Shown: positions 1 to 7,602 of the stretch, piece by piece | Position numbering within the stretch: the stretch's first letter is position 1 | How the letters are laid out: each line of letters opens with the position of its first letter | Virus record (IMG/VR): IMGVR_UViG_3300005662_000123 | Location: 1-33,174 of that record | DNA from: a virus | Lineage: Duplodnaviria > Caudoviricetes | Length of the DNA: 33,174 nt | Reading direction: 5' to 3' (one strand) | Notes under the pieces: model-generated | What the model was told of the DNA's origin: nothing | Seen by the model: the letters and a program-made list of their open reading frames with translations, nothing else | Database searches by the model: none | Made by a program: the position numbers and the translations under genes

Positions 1-13
1 GTTCTTATTATTC
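1..13. repeat. Terminal direct repeat GTTCTTATTATTC (left copy)
   Basis: Identical to 33162-33174. Confidence 0.9.
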
Positions 14-185
14 TGTCTAGGGCGTCTTTATCGCTCCATTCATATTTGTTATTCTGTTTTTTCTTAGGCTTTTCGAGTATCGATTTTAATAGTTCCATTT
101 GCTTTATATGTTTTTCAACGGATATCCATTCGTCTTTCAGGATAATGTCCTGATTCGAGTTAGAGTATATCGAAAAGCGTGTCAT
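1..185 (-). CDS. Hypothetical protein, 77 aa, 5' part; continues across the join into 33161..33113
   Basis: Manual translation MTRFSIYSNS...DALDRIIRT-INYYKNLENETNTNV* stays open across the junction and fills the gap between two genes. Confidence 0.65.
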   Translation of the reverse strand, partial: MTRFSIYSNSNQDIILKDEWISVEKHIKQMELLKSILEKPKKKQNNKYEWSDKDALDRIIR

Positions 186-849
186 AGTATTCCCTACACA
201 TTTCGATTCGTTCTTTCATAGCCTCGAAAACGGCTTCATCTCGTTTGATTACAAAGGCTTTTACCCTGTTCTTAATAGGAATCCTATCGAATGAGTGTTT
301 AAGTGTCACAAATCGCTCTATTTCATCATCTGTGCCTATTGTCTTATTTTTCCATAGTTCCCTCCTGATTTCATCGTCGACTATATCTTTTGGAGTATCT
401 GTTAGGCAATAGGCAAGTTGTGCCTCGTCATGACCCGTTAGCCACATATATCCTTGGAGTTGATAAAAGTAATCCTTGTTATTGAACTTATCCTCAAAGA
501 AAGGGAATGTAGTTCCGTCCCAACTCGATTTTACGTCGGCTAAAAGCCAATCGGTGCAAACATCGGTCATTCCTGATATCCATTCGTTTTCGTGGTATTG
601 TTGTTTTCCCTCGATTATTTCCTCAGTCAATCCCCAATCTAAAACTTTGTTGGCTAGTCGGATTGAATCCTTTTCTACCCTGATTCCTTTGTCGGTGTAT
701 CTACTCCAAAATTCCTTTCGGATACCGAATTCTAGTTCTAGGAAAACCTCCCTGATATATGTTTTTGCCGTTTCAGAAAGACCCCCCCCTGAACGAGGGG
801 AGGTCATGATTTTTCCTAGCGAACTGCATCGTATTCTAATATTGCTCAT
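160..849 (-). CDS. YqaJ/lambda-exonuclease-like recombination nuclease (PD-(D/E)xK)
   Basis: RCSSLGKIMT N-terminus, GMTD...DVKSSWD and YFYQLQGYMWLTG motifs; start moved to ATG 849 to avoid overlap with ERF. Confidence 0.8.
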   Translation of the reverse strand: MSNIRIRCSSLGKIMTSPRSGGGLSETAKTYIREVFLELEFGIRKEFWSRYTDKGIRVEKDSIRLANKVLDWGLTEEIIEGKQQYHENEWISGMTDVCTDWLLADVKSSWDGTTFPFFEDKFNNKDYFYQLQGYMWLTGHDEAQLAYCLTDTPKDIVDDEIRRELWKNKTIGTDDEIERFVTLKHSFDRIPIKNRVKAFVIKRDEAVFEAMKERIEMCREYYDTLFDIL

Positions 850-854
850 GTCGA

Positions 855-1535
855 CTATTTTAAATGTTCTAGCATAGCTAATTGTTCCGAAGTCAATTTG
901 TATTTCGCTATCAATTTGGCTTTCGTATATTCTCCGTTTTGAATCATTTTGATTGCGTCCGATACTTCCTGATTCGATAGCGATTTCTTGTAATCCTTTG
1001 CCCAAGGTCGACCCTCATTTGTTTGGGGATTTTCAGGCTTTAATTGTTCCCCTGAGGCGTCCAAATCCTTGTCGCTTACAAGTCCCAAAATCGAGGATAA
1101 TGAGTAGCGTCTAAAATAAGAGATTGCATTTCCGTAGACCTGAAAATCGTTCATTCCTTTCAGTTGCACCCCCATAGGCATTTGGACTTTGGATTCAATA
1201 GTTTGCCCTGTCGGATAGTGGAATAAAATCGTTTTGATAATTCCATTGTCGCAAAGCGGTTGGGTGTATCCTAATCCATGCTTACGAAGTAGCGGGGTTA
1301 TGATTCTCGTTATTTCCGCAAGGTCGACATATTTATATCCGTATCCTTGTGCATTTTGACCCATTATCGGCATTTCTTGTTGGAAGTCCGATAGTGCTTT
1401 CCAAATTGAAGTTATCGGTATCGGGTCATCTAATTCCGATTCAGGATAATTGTAGGGAGCGGGTATTTCTACCACCTCCCAATTTGTTTTTTCATTCTCG
1501 ATTTGTGCCTCGAGTTTTTGCTTTGTTCTGCTCAT
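855..1535 (-). CDS. erf: ERF-family single-strand annealing protein
   Basis: GYGYKYVDL and QVYGNAISYFRRYSLSSILGLVSDKDLD match the ERF signature; adjacent to exonuclease. Confidence 0.85.
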   Translation of the reverse strand: MSRTKQKLEAQIENEKTNWEVVEIPAPYNYPESELDDPIPITSIWKALSDFQQEMPIMGQNAQGYGYKYVDLAEITRIITPLLRKHGLGYTQPLCDNGIIKTILFHYPTGQTIESKVQMPMGVQLKGMNDFQVYGNAISYFRRYSLSSILGLVSDKDLDASGEQLKPENPQTNEGRPWAKDYKKSLSNQEVSDAIKMIQNGEYTKAKLIAKYKLTSEQLAMLEHLK

Positions 1536-1545
1536 GTTTTGATTA

Positions 1546-1815
1546 TTATTGGGTTATTAAATCCTTGATTGCTTTTAGTTGTTCATGTAGGGATTGTGCG
1601 TCTCCTTTGATTCCGAAGTATTTTTTGACATCGGTAATTTTCCAATATCGGTGTGGTTTTATCCCCTTGGAGTATAGTCCCGTATCCCTGATTGATAAAA
1701 TTAGGTTCCAATATCCTCGTGGCATTGTTCCCCCGTTTACATTCATTGTTTTGCTTTCATCAGTTAAGTCAATAAAGAATTGAGTGTTAGCTGAAATTTT
1801 GATTTGTGTTTTCAT
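1546..1815 (-). CDS. Hypothetical protein
   Basis: 89 aa ORF in a co-directional operon. Confidence 0.7.
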   Translation of the reverse strand: MKTQIKISANTQFFIDLTDESKTMNVNGGTMPRGYWNLILSIRDTGLYSKGIKPHRYWKITDVKKYFGIKGDAQSLHEQLKAIKDLITQ

Positions 1816-1839
1816 GTTTTTGGTTATTTATTGTTTAGG

Positions 1840-2022
1840 TTATATTTCGTAAAATTCGTATCCATTATAGTCAAGTTCCGCCATTATATCTTGTGCGAAA
1901 GTCCAATCGTCTATCTGTATGGAATCAATATCGATTTGAGTCCATAGGTTGTCAAACATTTCGATTGATAGTAAATAGTCGATTGCCTCTTTTGAGTTTC
2001 CTGTAATTTTAATTGTTGTCAT
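1840..2022 (-). CDS. Small acidic hypothetical early protein
   Basis: 60 aa ORF directly downstream of a promoter. Confidence 0.7.
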   Translation of the reverse strand: MTTIKITGNSKEAIDYLLSIEMFDNLWTQIDIDSIQIDDWTFAQDIMAELDYNGYEFYEI

Positions 2023-2047
2023 GTGGTAGCTTTTAAATTTATATATG

Positions 2048-2078
2048 CAAATATAAGAATCATTTTTTAGTTATGCAA
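2048..2078 (-). promoter_or_regulatory. Bacteroidota housekeeping-sigma promoter P1
   Basis: TTG-N20-TATATTTG matches the -33 TTG / -7 TAnnTTTG consensus. Confidence 0.8.
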
Positions 2079-2291
2079 ATTTTCTGCTAAAATTAATTGA
2101 CCGCCCTCTAGTGCTTTGCTTATTTCATAAGGCGTCATGTATAGGTAATTGTTAGGATTTGACTCCCAAGTTAGAATCCATTTTTGTCCGATAATGATTT
2201 TTGCAGTTATCGTTAAATAAGATTCATAGTAGGAATGAAAAAATGTCGTTCCTAATTTGTAGATTGATTGGGTGTTGTTTTGTGTTTTCAT
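2067..2291 (-). CDS. Hypothetical early protein (MKTQNN start)
   Basis: The longer start at 2321 falls inside the promoter -7 box; ATG 2291 has the same leader as the gene at 2022. Confidence 0.7.
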   Translation of the reverse strand: MKTQNNTQSIYKLGTTFFHSYYESYLTITAKIIIGQKWILTWESNPNNYLYMTPYEISKALEGGQLILAENLHN

Positions 2292-2318
2292 GTGGTAGCT
2301 TTTTAAATTATTTATATG

Positions 2319-2348
2319 CAAATATAAGCATTATTTTTAGTTATGCAA
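2319..2348 (-). promoter_or_regulatory. Bacteroidota housekeeping-sigma promoter P2
   Basis: TTG-N19-TATATTTG, near copy of P1. Confidence 0.8.
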
Positions 2349-2861
2349 CATTTTTTTAATTTTTTCTTTAATTTTTTTTTGCAACTCTTTTAGTTCATCG
2401 ATTTCCCACTTCTTTGGTATATGTGCTCTTTCGTGTAATTCAAATAATCTGTGGGGACCAATTCTCTTTTCAATACCAATTTGATAGTTCAATAGATTCC
2501 CTGATAAATAACTATTGCAGTGCTCACATTGAAGGTGCACATTATCCTCGTCGAATCTTACATTTGAATGTCCGCCTTGACTGAAATAATGTCCCGCATT
2601 TTTTTTGAGTGGTTTGTTGCCACATGAAATACATAGTTCGGATTTGTCCCTGATACGAATATATCTGTTAAACAAGGCTTGGGTTTCCTTTAAATAATCA
2701 GTTCTTGTTTTCAGGGATTCCTTTAGTTCCTTTCGTCTTTTACCCCATTCCTTTGTTTTGACCTCATTTACAAAGGCATTTATGCACTCGGATTTCAGGC
2801 AATATTTTTGGTTAAACCTTAAAGGATTGAACTTTTCTTTGCAGTTTTTACACCTTGGCAT
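2337..2861 (-). CDS. ninG: NinG/Rap-like recombination endonuclease
   Basis: N-terminal CxxC, FNRYIRIRD, CISC, AGHY, RFDEDNVHLQCEHCN. Confidence 0.88.
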   Translation of the reverse strand: MPRCKNCKEKFNPLRFNQKYCLKSECINAFVNEVKTKEWGKRRKELKESLKTRTDYLKETQALFNRYIRIRDKSELCISCGNKPLKKNAGHYFSQGGHSNVRFDEDNVHLQCEHCNSYLSGNLLNYQIGIEKRIGPHRLFELHERAHIPKKWEIDELKELQKKIKEKIKKMLHN

Positions 2862-2876
2862 GTTAAAATGAGCGAT

Positions 2877-2983
2877 TGATTTTAAGGCACTTTTCGTGCG
2901 ATTTGCGGGACTTTGGGTTAGATATGGATATAGATATCATAAAAAGCGTGAAGTGAAGAGTTCAATACCAGCAAGGGATTCAG
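2877..2983 (+). repeat. 107-bp dispersed element, copy A
   Basis: Aligns without gaps to the reverse complements of 14790-14896 and 27357-27463. Confidence 0.9.
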
Positions 2984-3037
2984 CGTGACTTTAAAAAATC
3001 AGTGCTTTGAATCATTTTTCAAAAATACGGATAAATT

Positions 3038-3337
3038 TTATAGTTCAATCCTATTCGTCAAGTCCTCGACTAATTTTTTCAGTCGGACATTATCGGTATT
3101 GAGTTCTAGATTGATTCGCTCCAAATCAAAACATCGTGACTTAGTCAATCGATAGTCCTCTTCTAGAAATCGGTAGACTTGCATGGCGTCCCCTAGCCAC
3201 TCTAAACTTCGAGTCATCGATTCGATATAGTCAGTTCTGTCGGGTCTCTTCTGCTTAATCTCTTCTAGACTATATTGTATTTTCCAAAATAGCAAGTGCA
3301 TGTTTGCTCTAGTTTTCATTAAAATTATTTCTTCCAT
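3038..3337 (-). CDS. Hypothetical coiled-coil protein
   Basis: 99 aa with heptad-like C-terminus. Confidence 0.7.
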   Translation of the reverse strand: MEEIILMKTRANMHLLFWKIQYSLEEIKQKRPDRTDYIESMTRSLEWLGDAMQVYRFLEEDYRLTKSRCFDLERINLELNTDNVRLKKLVEDLTNRIEL

Positions 3338-3347
3338 GGTATATATA

Positions 3348-4277
3348 TTAAAATGGTAAATCGTTCTTTAAATCGTCTTGTTTATCAAAATAGGATAATT
3401 GAGTTGGGGATTCCTTTTTGTTCCTATATGGTTTAATCGGGTCGATTCCCTCATTGGTAAATCCTAATCCATTGTTATATTCAAAAAGTAAAGGGGCGTC
3501 CATTAATGTCAATTTACCGCCCGTATCTGTATCTTTGATTTTCTCTACATTAATCAAAGTAAAGAACCTCATCGTTTCGTGCTTAATCAATCTATGGATA
3601 ACTATCATGTCATCGCACCTATTCAGGAAAGCCTTACCCCCCTCGACATGGTCTTTTAATGGTGGCTTTAAATGTCCATGCCAAAAATGTTTTTCAGGAT
3701 ATAAGTGTCCCGTCCTACCTGATTCGGTTGTTGGATGCGTATTGATATAAACCGTTTTCCCCGTCCGATTGCAGAATTGTCTAGTCATGTTTAGAAATCG
3801 ATAATTAGATTCCCAAGTCATATCCCTGTCTAGTCCGGTATACGGGTCAATCAGGCAACCATTTGCGTCGGATTCCTCAAAGATTTTCAATAGTTCCTCG
3901 GGTTTATAGAGTATTGAATTATCTAGGAATGTAAACCATTGGTCGATTCGGTTTGAATATCGCCTGATTTCATCGTCTAGTAATTCCTTAAATTTTCGTC
4001 CTGATAGCATTTGTATTAAATCCCTGATTATCTGTCCTGATTGGTTTTCACCGCTCCAAATAATCCATTTGAGGTCATGTGTTACCGATAGCGATAGGAA
4101 ATACCAATTTATCCAATAGGTTTTCCCGACATTATCATGTCCTAGAATAATGCAAAGTTGTTTAGGCTTGAATCTTATGTGCTCGTCTAGTCCGCAACCT
4201 ATCGCTAGTCCTTGCTTAATTTTACCATGCCTATAGTTTAATAGATATTCTATTTGGTGTCCGTTACTTAATTTCAT
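3348..4277 (-). CDS. DnaB/SF4-like replicative helicase
   Basis: Walker [14 protein letters not shown], Walker B CLIDPY, NTHP, VEKIK; follows the initiator gene. Confidence 0.8.
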   Translation of the reverse strand: MKLSNGHQIEYLLNYRHGKIKQGLAIGCGLDEHIRFKPKQLCIILGHDNVGKTYWINWYFLSLSVTHDLKWIIWSGENQSGQIIRDLIQMLSGRKFKELLDDEIRRYSNRIDQWFTFLDNSILYKPEELLKIFEESDANGCLIDPYTGLDRDMTWESNYRFLNMTRQFCNRTGKTVYINTHPTTESGRTGHLYPEKHFWHGHLKPPLKDHVEGGKAFLNRCDDMIVIHRLIKHETMRFFTLINVEKIKDTDTGGKLTLMDAPLLFEYNNGLGFTNEGIDPIKPYRNKKESPTQLSYFDKQDDLKNDLPF

Positions 4278-4989
4278 GTCCCAAATCTTTTAGCTTATTA
4301 GTAATGTAATCGTATTGCTTGTCGATAGGAAATTCAGGATTTTGAGGATTTTGAGGATTCTGTTCCTGATTCTTTTTTGGTTTATCTAGCAACCATTTCT
4401 TAGCGGTCAAATAAAGGGATTTGTAATTCTTGTTATTCTTGTAATTCTCGATTGAATCTAGGACTTGGTCTATGGTAGCTTTGGAGTAATCCTTTGCTAA
4501 TTCCTTAACCTCTCGTTTCGATATAGATAGGTGTGCGAATGACCTATATATATCTGTTTCTTTTTCTTTATCTTTATCTGTTGGATTCTGTTGAGCGGGT
4601 GTTGAACGCTCGTTGAACGCCTGTTTGACTTCCGCTAATCTCTCGTTAAAGGTCGGTTGCTTTTTGTTTTGCCTTGCCAATGCAGACGCTTTTCCCGCGT
4701 TAGACGCTTGTTCCGATAGTTTCCTGATTTCTTGAAGTTGTGTGTCTAGGAATTTGATAACGATTTGATGGTTGTCATCAGTAAAGCCTATGAGTCTGAA
4801 CTTAATTGCTTCGTTCCAATCCTCTTCTGTAAATTCTAGCATGGCGTCCTCTTTCAGCATACACCCATTATCGTTCCAATAGACACAGCATAGCCTGATA
4901 AAACTAGCTTGTGTTGAAGTTCGGCATCGTGTTATTTTACCCATAGTCCATTCGCTAGGATAAAATTTAAACCATTCAAGTTTTTTCAT
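4264..4989 (-). CDS. Replication initiator-like protein (DUF1376/lambda O-like architecture)
   Basis: [10 protein letters not shown]-terminus, AGKASA helix, low-complexity linker with DKDKEKE, C-terminal [11 protein letters not shown]; upstream of helicase. Confidence 0.7.
   Translation of the reverse strand: MKKLEWFKFYPSEWTMGKITRCRTSTQASFIRLCCVYWNDNGCMLKEDAMLEFTEEDWNEAIKFRLIGFTDDNHQIVIKFLDTQLQEIRKLSEQASNAGKASALARQNKKQPTFNERLAEVKQAFNERSTPAQQNPTDKDKEKETDIYRSFAHLSISKREVKELAKDYSKATIDQVLDSIENYKNNKNYKSLYLTAKKWLLDKPKKNQEQNPQNPQNPEFPIDKQYDYITNKLKDLGHEIK
4336..4362. repeat. 9-bp tandem repeat x3 (QNP)
   Basis: AGGATTTTG AGGATTTTG AGGATTCTG. Confidence 0.8.
4590..4660. repeat. 11-bp phased iteron-like array, candidate replication origin
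   Basis: GTT starts at 4590, 4601, 4612, 4623, 4645, 4656 (GCT at 4634); best units GTTGAACGC. Confidence 0.6.
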
Positions 4990-5003
4990 TTTTTGTTCAA
5001 ATT

Positions 5004-5095
5004 AAAAAACCCCTGAGGTAATCGCAAGGCTACCACGTCTTGCTTTCCCAAAGGGGCGTAAATATTTTGTCTAGTATAGGATTTTGTGGTAGCAT
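5004..5095 (-). ncRNA. Structured leader/attenuator or small RNA upstream of the replication initiator
   Basis: CCCCU/AGGGG basal stem plus U6, GCAAG/CUUGC apical stem, loop ACGUGGUAGC complementary to the 5' GCUACCAC. Confidence 0.7.
5030..5095 (-). CDS. Possible leaderless leader peptide MLPQNPILDKIFTPLWESKTW (21 aa)
   Basis: ATG 4 nt after a -7 box; TAG stop lies inside the hairpin loop. Confidence 0.35.
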   Translation of the reverse strand: MLPQNPILDKIFTPLWESKTW

Positions 5096-5099
5096 GAAT

Positions 5100-5107
5100 C
5101 AAAGATA
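5100..5107 (-). promoter_or_regulatory. -7 promoter box TATCTTTG for the replication operon
   Basis: Matches TAnnTTTG; no clear -33 TTG. Confidence 0.6.
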
Positions 5108-5118
5108 AAAATTATTTT

Positions 5119-5382
5119 CTAATTGGAGTTAATCGGTGGGAATTTTACCTTTTGTATTTTTTTCGCTCCATTCCTTATCGTCGGGAATTCTACCTTTCCG
5201 TCTCCATATAGTTCCCCTAAGCAATCGAAATAGCGTTGGATATCCAAATCATCGTAATCGTTCATGTTAATCGATTCTAGGAACTCTAAGTATCTCAGTA
5301 ATTCATAATAGGTCAATCTGTTATTCTTTACTTGGGAGTAAATAAATCGCTCCATTCGTATTATGTCTTGCATTGATTTCAT
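5119..5382 (-). CDS. Hypothetical protein
   Basis: 87 aa, ATGA-coupled to the upstream gene. Confidence 0.7.
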   Translation of the reverse strand: MKSMQDIIRMERFIYSQVKNNRLTYYELLRYLEFLESINMNDYDDLDIQRYFDCLGELYGDGKVEFPTIRNGAKKIQKVKFPPINSN

Positions 5383-5582
5383 AGTCGCTCAATATTAATG
5401 ATTAATGGTTCCCACATGTCCGCTCGTTTTTTAGCCTCGTCCCGAGTTTCAGCGAATACAGTTTTGTATCCAATTGCTAATCGATTCCCGATTTTGTGTC
5501 GAAAGGTTATTTTCCAGCCAACCTCTCGTCTAGCGTCCGCTTGGAGTATCGCTAGGATTTTCCTTGTTTGTTCTTCTGTCAT
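5379..5582 (-). CDS. Hypothetical protein
   Basis: 67 aa, coupled ORF. Confidence 0.65.
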   Translation of the reverse strand: MTEEQTRKILAILQADARREVGWKITFRHKIGNRLAIGYKTVFAETRDEAKKRADMWEPLIINIERL

Positions 5583-5763
5583 CGTGTTCTATATTTAGGT
5601 TAAAATTTTGTAATCGTTCTTTCAGGATAGCCTCGTATAAAGTCATATTAAAGCTACCCCCTTTATGATAGTATTGATATTTGGTTGTCCAAAATCGTAA
5701 TACCTCATACATGGTTGGATATTGACATTTCATGGCAGTAATTCCTGATTGATTAAGTGGCAA
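5530..5763 (-). CDS. Hypothetical protein (true start probably downstream)
   Basis: Fills the gap between neighbours; overlaps both. Confidence 0.55.
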   Translation of the reverse strand: MPLNQSGITAMKCQYPTMYEVLRFWTTKYQYYHKGGSFNMTLYEAILKERLQNFNLNIEHDDRRTNKENPSDTPSGR

Positions 5764-6056
5764 ATCATGTCATGCGTTTTTTGGGTTGTATGCTTTCTTA
5801 TTTCCAATCTAATCAATATATCGTATAGTCTCCAAAGATATCCGTTATCTAGGTCGATAGTTCCATTCCCGTCACATATTTCGCATGAGTGCTCTTGGTA
5901 ACATCCCCCGCAACAATCCGATGCGGGTCTGAAACATATTGGTCCGATATCCACACTCCCCTCGCCGTTGCATTCAGGACATTCGTATTCGTAGAAATTT
6001 AAGAGCCTGTTTTTTGTGGCTATTGCCCGTCCAAATCTGTTATAAGTTTGATTCAT
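5730..6056 (-). CDS. DnaJ-type CxxCxGxG zinc-finger protein
   Basis: CPECNGEG and CEICDGNG with an internal C..DCCGGC segment. Confidence 0.7.
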   Translation of the reverse strand: MNQTYNRFGRAIATKNRLLNFYEYECPECNGEGSVDIGPICFRPASDCCGGCYQEHSCEICDGNGTIDLDNGYLWRLYDILIRLEIRKHTTQKTHDMICHLINQELLP

Positions 6057-6292
6057 ATCCCTATGGTTTTATTTAAAAAAATTGTAAAATCTTGAATCCC
6101 TGATTCATTTAAAATGTATTGAATTTCGTCTAGCAAATCAAGGTTATAGATTTCCATGTATCCCTCGTGCCATGTTGTGTTTTCTCCGTCCATGAACCAA
6201 TGCATGTCGCAAAGAATATAAAATGATTTTTCAGCAATCAATCTATCGTCGAATTCAATAGTGTAATGCTCGTGTCCTATTAGTGTTGTCAT
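6053..6292 (-). CDS. Acidic hypothetical protein
   Basis: 79 aa, ATGA overlap with next gene. Confidence 0.7.
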   Translation of the reverse strand: MTTLIGHEHYTIEFDDRLIAEKSFYILCDMHWFMDGENTTWHEGYMEIYNLDLLDEIQYILNESGIQDFTIFLNKTIGI

Positions 6293-6297
6293 GTCTA

Positions 6298-6486
6298 TTA
6301 TCTTTTAATCAATTCGCATACATAGAATTGTCCTCGTGTCAATCCTGTCATTTCCATTAATTTCTGTATAGCCTGATTCTCGGCGTATACATTGCAAGTC
6401 CCGATAGGATATTCAAATCGAGAAGTTTCTTTTGTTGTCGAATTCATTATTTTGAATCCCCAGTAAATCTTGTTAAATTTTTTCAT
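6298..6486 (-). CDS. Hypothetical early protein
   Basis: 62 aa, first gene after promoter P3. Confidence 0.65.
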   Translation of the reverse strand: MKKFNKIYWGFKIMNSTTKETSRFEYPIGTCNVYAENQAIQKLMEMTGLTRGQFYVCELIKR

Positions 6487-6516
6487 GTTCTAGTTATTTA
6501 TTGAATTATTTATATG

Positions 6517-6546
6517 CAAATATAAACATAATATTTAGTCCCGCAA
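6517..6546 (-). promoter_or_regulatory. Bacteroidota housekeeping-sigma promoter P3
   Basis: TTG-N19-TATATTTG. Confidence 0.8.
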
Positions 6547-6612
6547 ACTTTTTTGAAAAAATATTGATTTTTTTTTTAACTTTGTCGTGTTCAAATGTCT
6601 AGGTTATTTAAT

Positions 6613-6635
6613 TAGGGGGTTTAATCCCCCTTTTT
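6613..6635. terminator. Hairpin, possible terminator
   Basis: GGGGG-TTTAAT-CCCCC at a gene end; the T-tract is on the + strand side. Confidence 0.45.
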
Positions 6636-6830
6636 AATTTGAGTCAATCCTAATTGCTTACAGGCGTAATTGATATGTTTTGAGGTGGTCACGCTCCAAT
6701 ATCCCTGAATCTCTGCTGTGCGATTCTCATAGTCGATTTTGGCTACCCTAGTCGTATATGATTGAATCCAATCGTTTCCGTTCCAATGAATAATGGATAA
6801 GTTTTGTTTGTATTTGGCAAATGTTCTCAT
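6621..6830 (-). CDS. Hypothetical early protein
   Basis: 69 aa with SYTTRVAKI...WSVTTSKHINY, a pattern typical of small phage proteins. Confidence 0.75.
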   Translation of the reverse strand: MRTFAKYKQNLSIIHWNGNDWIQSYTTRVAKIDYENRTAEIQGYWSVTTSKHINYACKQLGLTQIKKGD

Positions 6831-6847
6831 GTTATTTGGTTTTTAGA

Positions 6848-7072
6848 TTAATATTCGTTTTCGTCTTGGTTTTCGTCTATATCGAGTGCGATTTCCATTA
6901 AATCCTCGTCCGAGTAATCAGCGTAAAATTCTGCGATTTCCCGACATATGTCAATCAGTTGGATAAAATAATGTGCCTCGTTTTTAGATAAATTTCTGTG
7001 CGGTAGATTCCTTTGGCAGTCTCGTAAATCAATTGCAGTATTCTCGAATCTGCAGTAGCTCATGTTTCCCAT
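6848..7072 (-). CDS. Hypothetical early protein
   Basis: 74 aa starting MGNMSYCRFENT, a pattern typical of small phage proteins. Confidence 0.75.
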   Translation of the reverse strand: MGNMSYCRFENTAIDLRDCQRNLPHRNLSKNEAHYFIQLIDICREIAEFYADYSDEDLMEIALDIDENQDENEY

Positions 7073-7094
7073 TTTTATATGTTTTTAGGTTAAT

Positions 7095-7118
7095 AAAAAA
7101 GGGACCTTATAGGGTCCC
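7095..7118 (-). terminator. Intrinsic terminator
   Basis: GGGACC-CTATAA-GGTCCC followed by T6 on the minus strand, spanning the stop codon. Confidence 0.75.
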
Positions 7119-7328
7119 CTGATTGTGCTTTGCGATTTTAAGTGATAAAAGAGTTGGGATTTCCAATTCGTCCATTAATTCCTTTATGGTCGCCCATCGA
7201 GTTCTTGCGGTTTGAACTAGTTGCGAATCTTTCTCAAAGTGCATTTGATAAAGTAATACATCGTCCCAAAGTTTCTCTTCTTTCTGTTGCATGAATTTAA
7301 TCATGCCTGATTTTGTGGTAGCTTTCAT
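7107..7328 (-). CDS. Hypothetical early protein
   Basis: 73 aa between promoter P4 and a terminator. Confidence 0.7.
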   Translation of the reverse strand: MKATTKSGMIKFMQQKEEKLWDDVLLYQMHFEKDSQLVQTARTRWATIKELMDELEIPTLLSLKIAKHNQGTL

Positions 7329-7355
7329 TTCGTTTATTTTTTAATTATTTATATG

Positions 7356-7385
7356 CAAATATAAACATAATATTTAGTTCTGCAA
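7356..7385 (-). promoter_or_regulatory. Bacteroidota housekeeping-sigma promoter P4
   Basis: TTG-N19-TATATTTG, near copy of P3. Confidence 0.8.
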
Positions 7386-7418
7386 CTATTTTAAAAAAAA
7401 AAATAAAAAAAATTTTTC

Positions 7419-7601
7419 CTAACCCCTTTTTTTCAGGATAACTCTAGCTATCTCACCGATTCTCTGTATTATTCCATGGGAGTTTTCTTCTTGTCTAATA
7501 TCTATTTTGATATTATCCTCGTCTCTAATTACATTTATATCGACTTTTGGGGTATCGATATTCAAATCAAGTTTGCGTTTCTTACGTGGCTTTTTTTCCA
7601 T
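7419..7601 (-). CDS. Hypothetical protein
   Basis: 60 aa, last gene of the late operon. Confidence 0.65.
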   Translation of the reverse strand: MEKKPRKKRKLDLNIDTPKVDINVIRDEDNIKIDIRQEENSHGIIQRIGEIARVILKKRG

Positions 7602-7602
7602 T

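Noticed and set aside
850-1005. N-terminal extension of the exonuclease ORF
   Set aside because: It overlaps the ERF gene by about 150 nt; ATG 849 gives a typical start
2020-7385. Repeated TATATGCAAATATAA blocks as a CRISPR array
   Set aside because: Spacing is irregular with whole genes in between, the blocks match the Bacteroidota promoter consensus, and there are no cas genes
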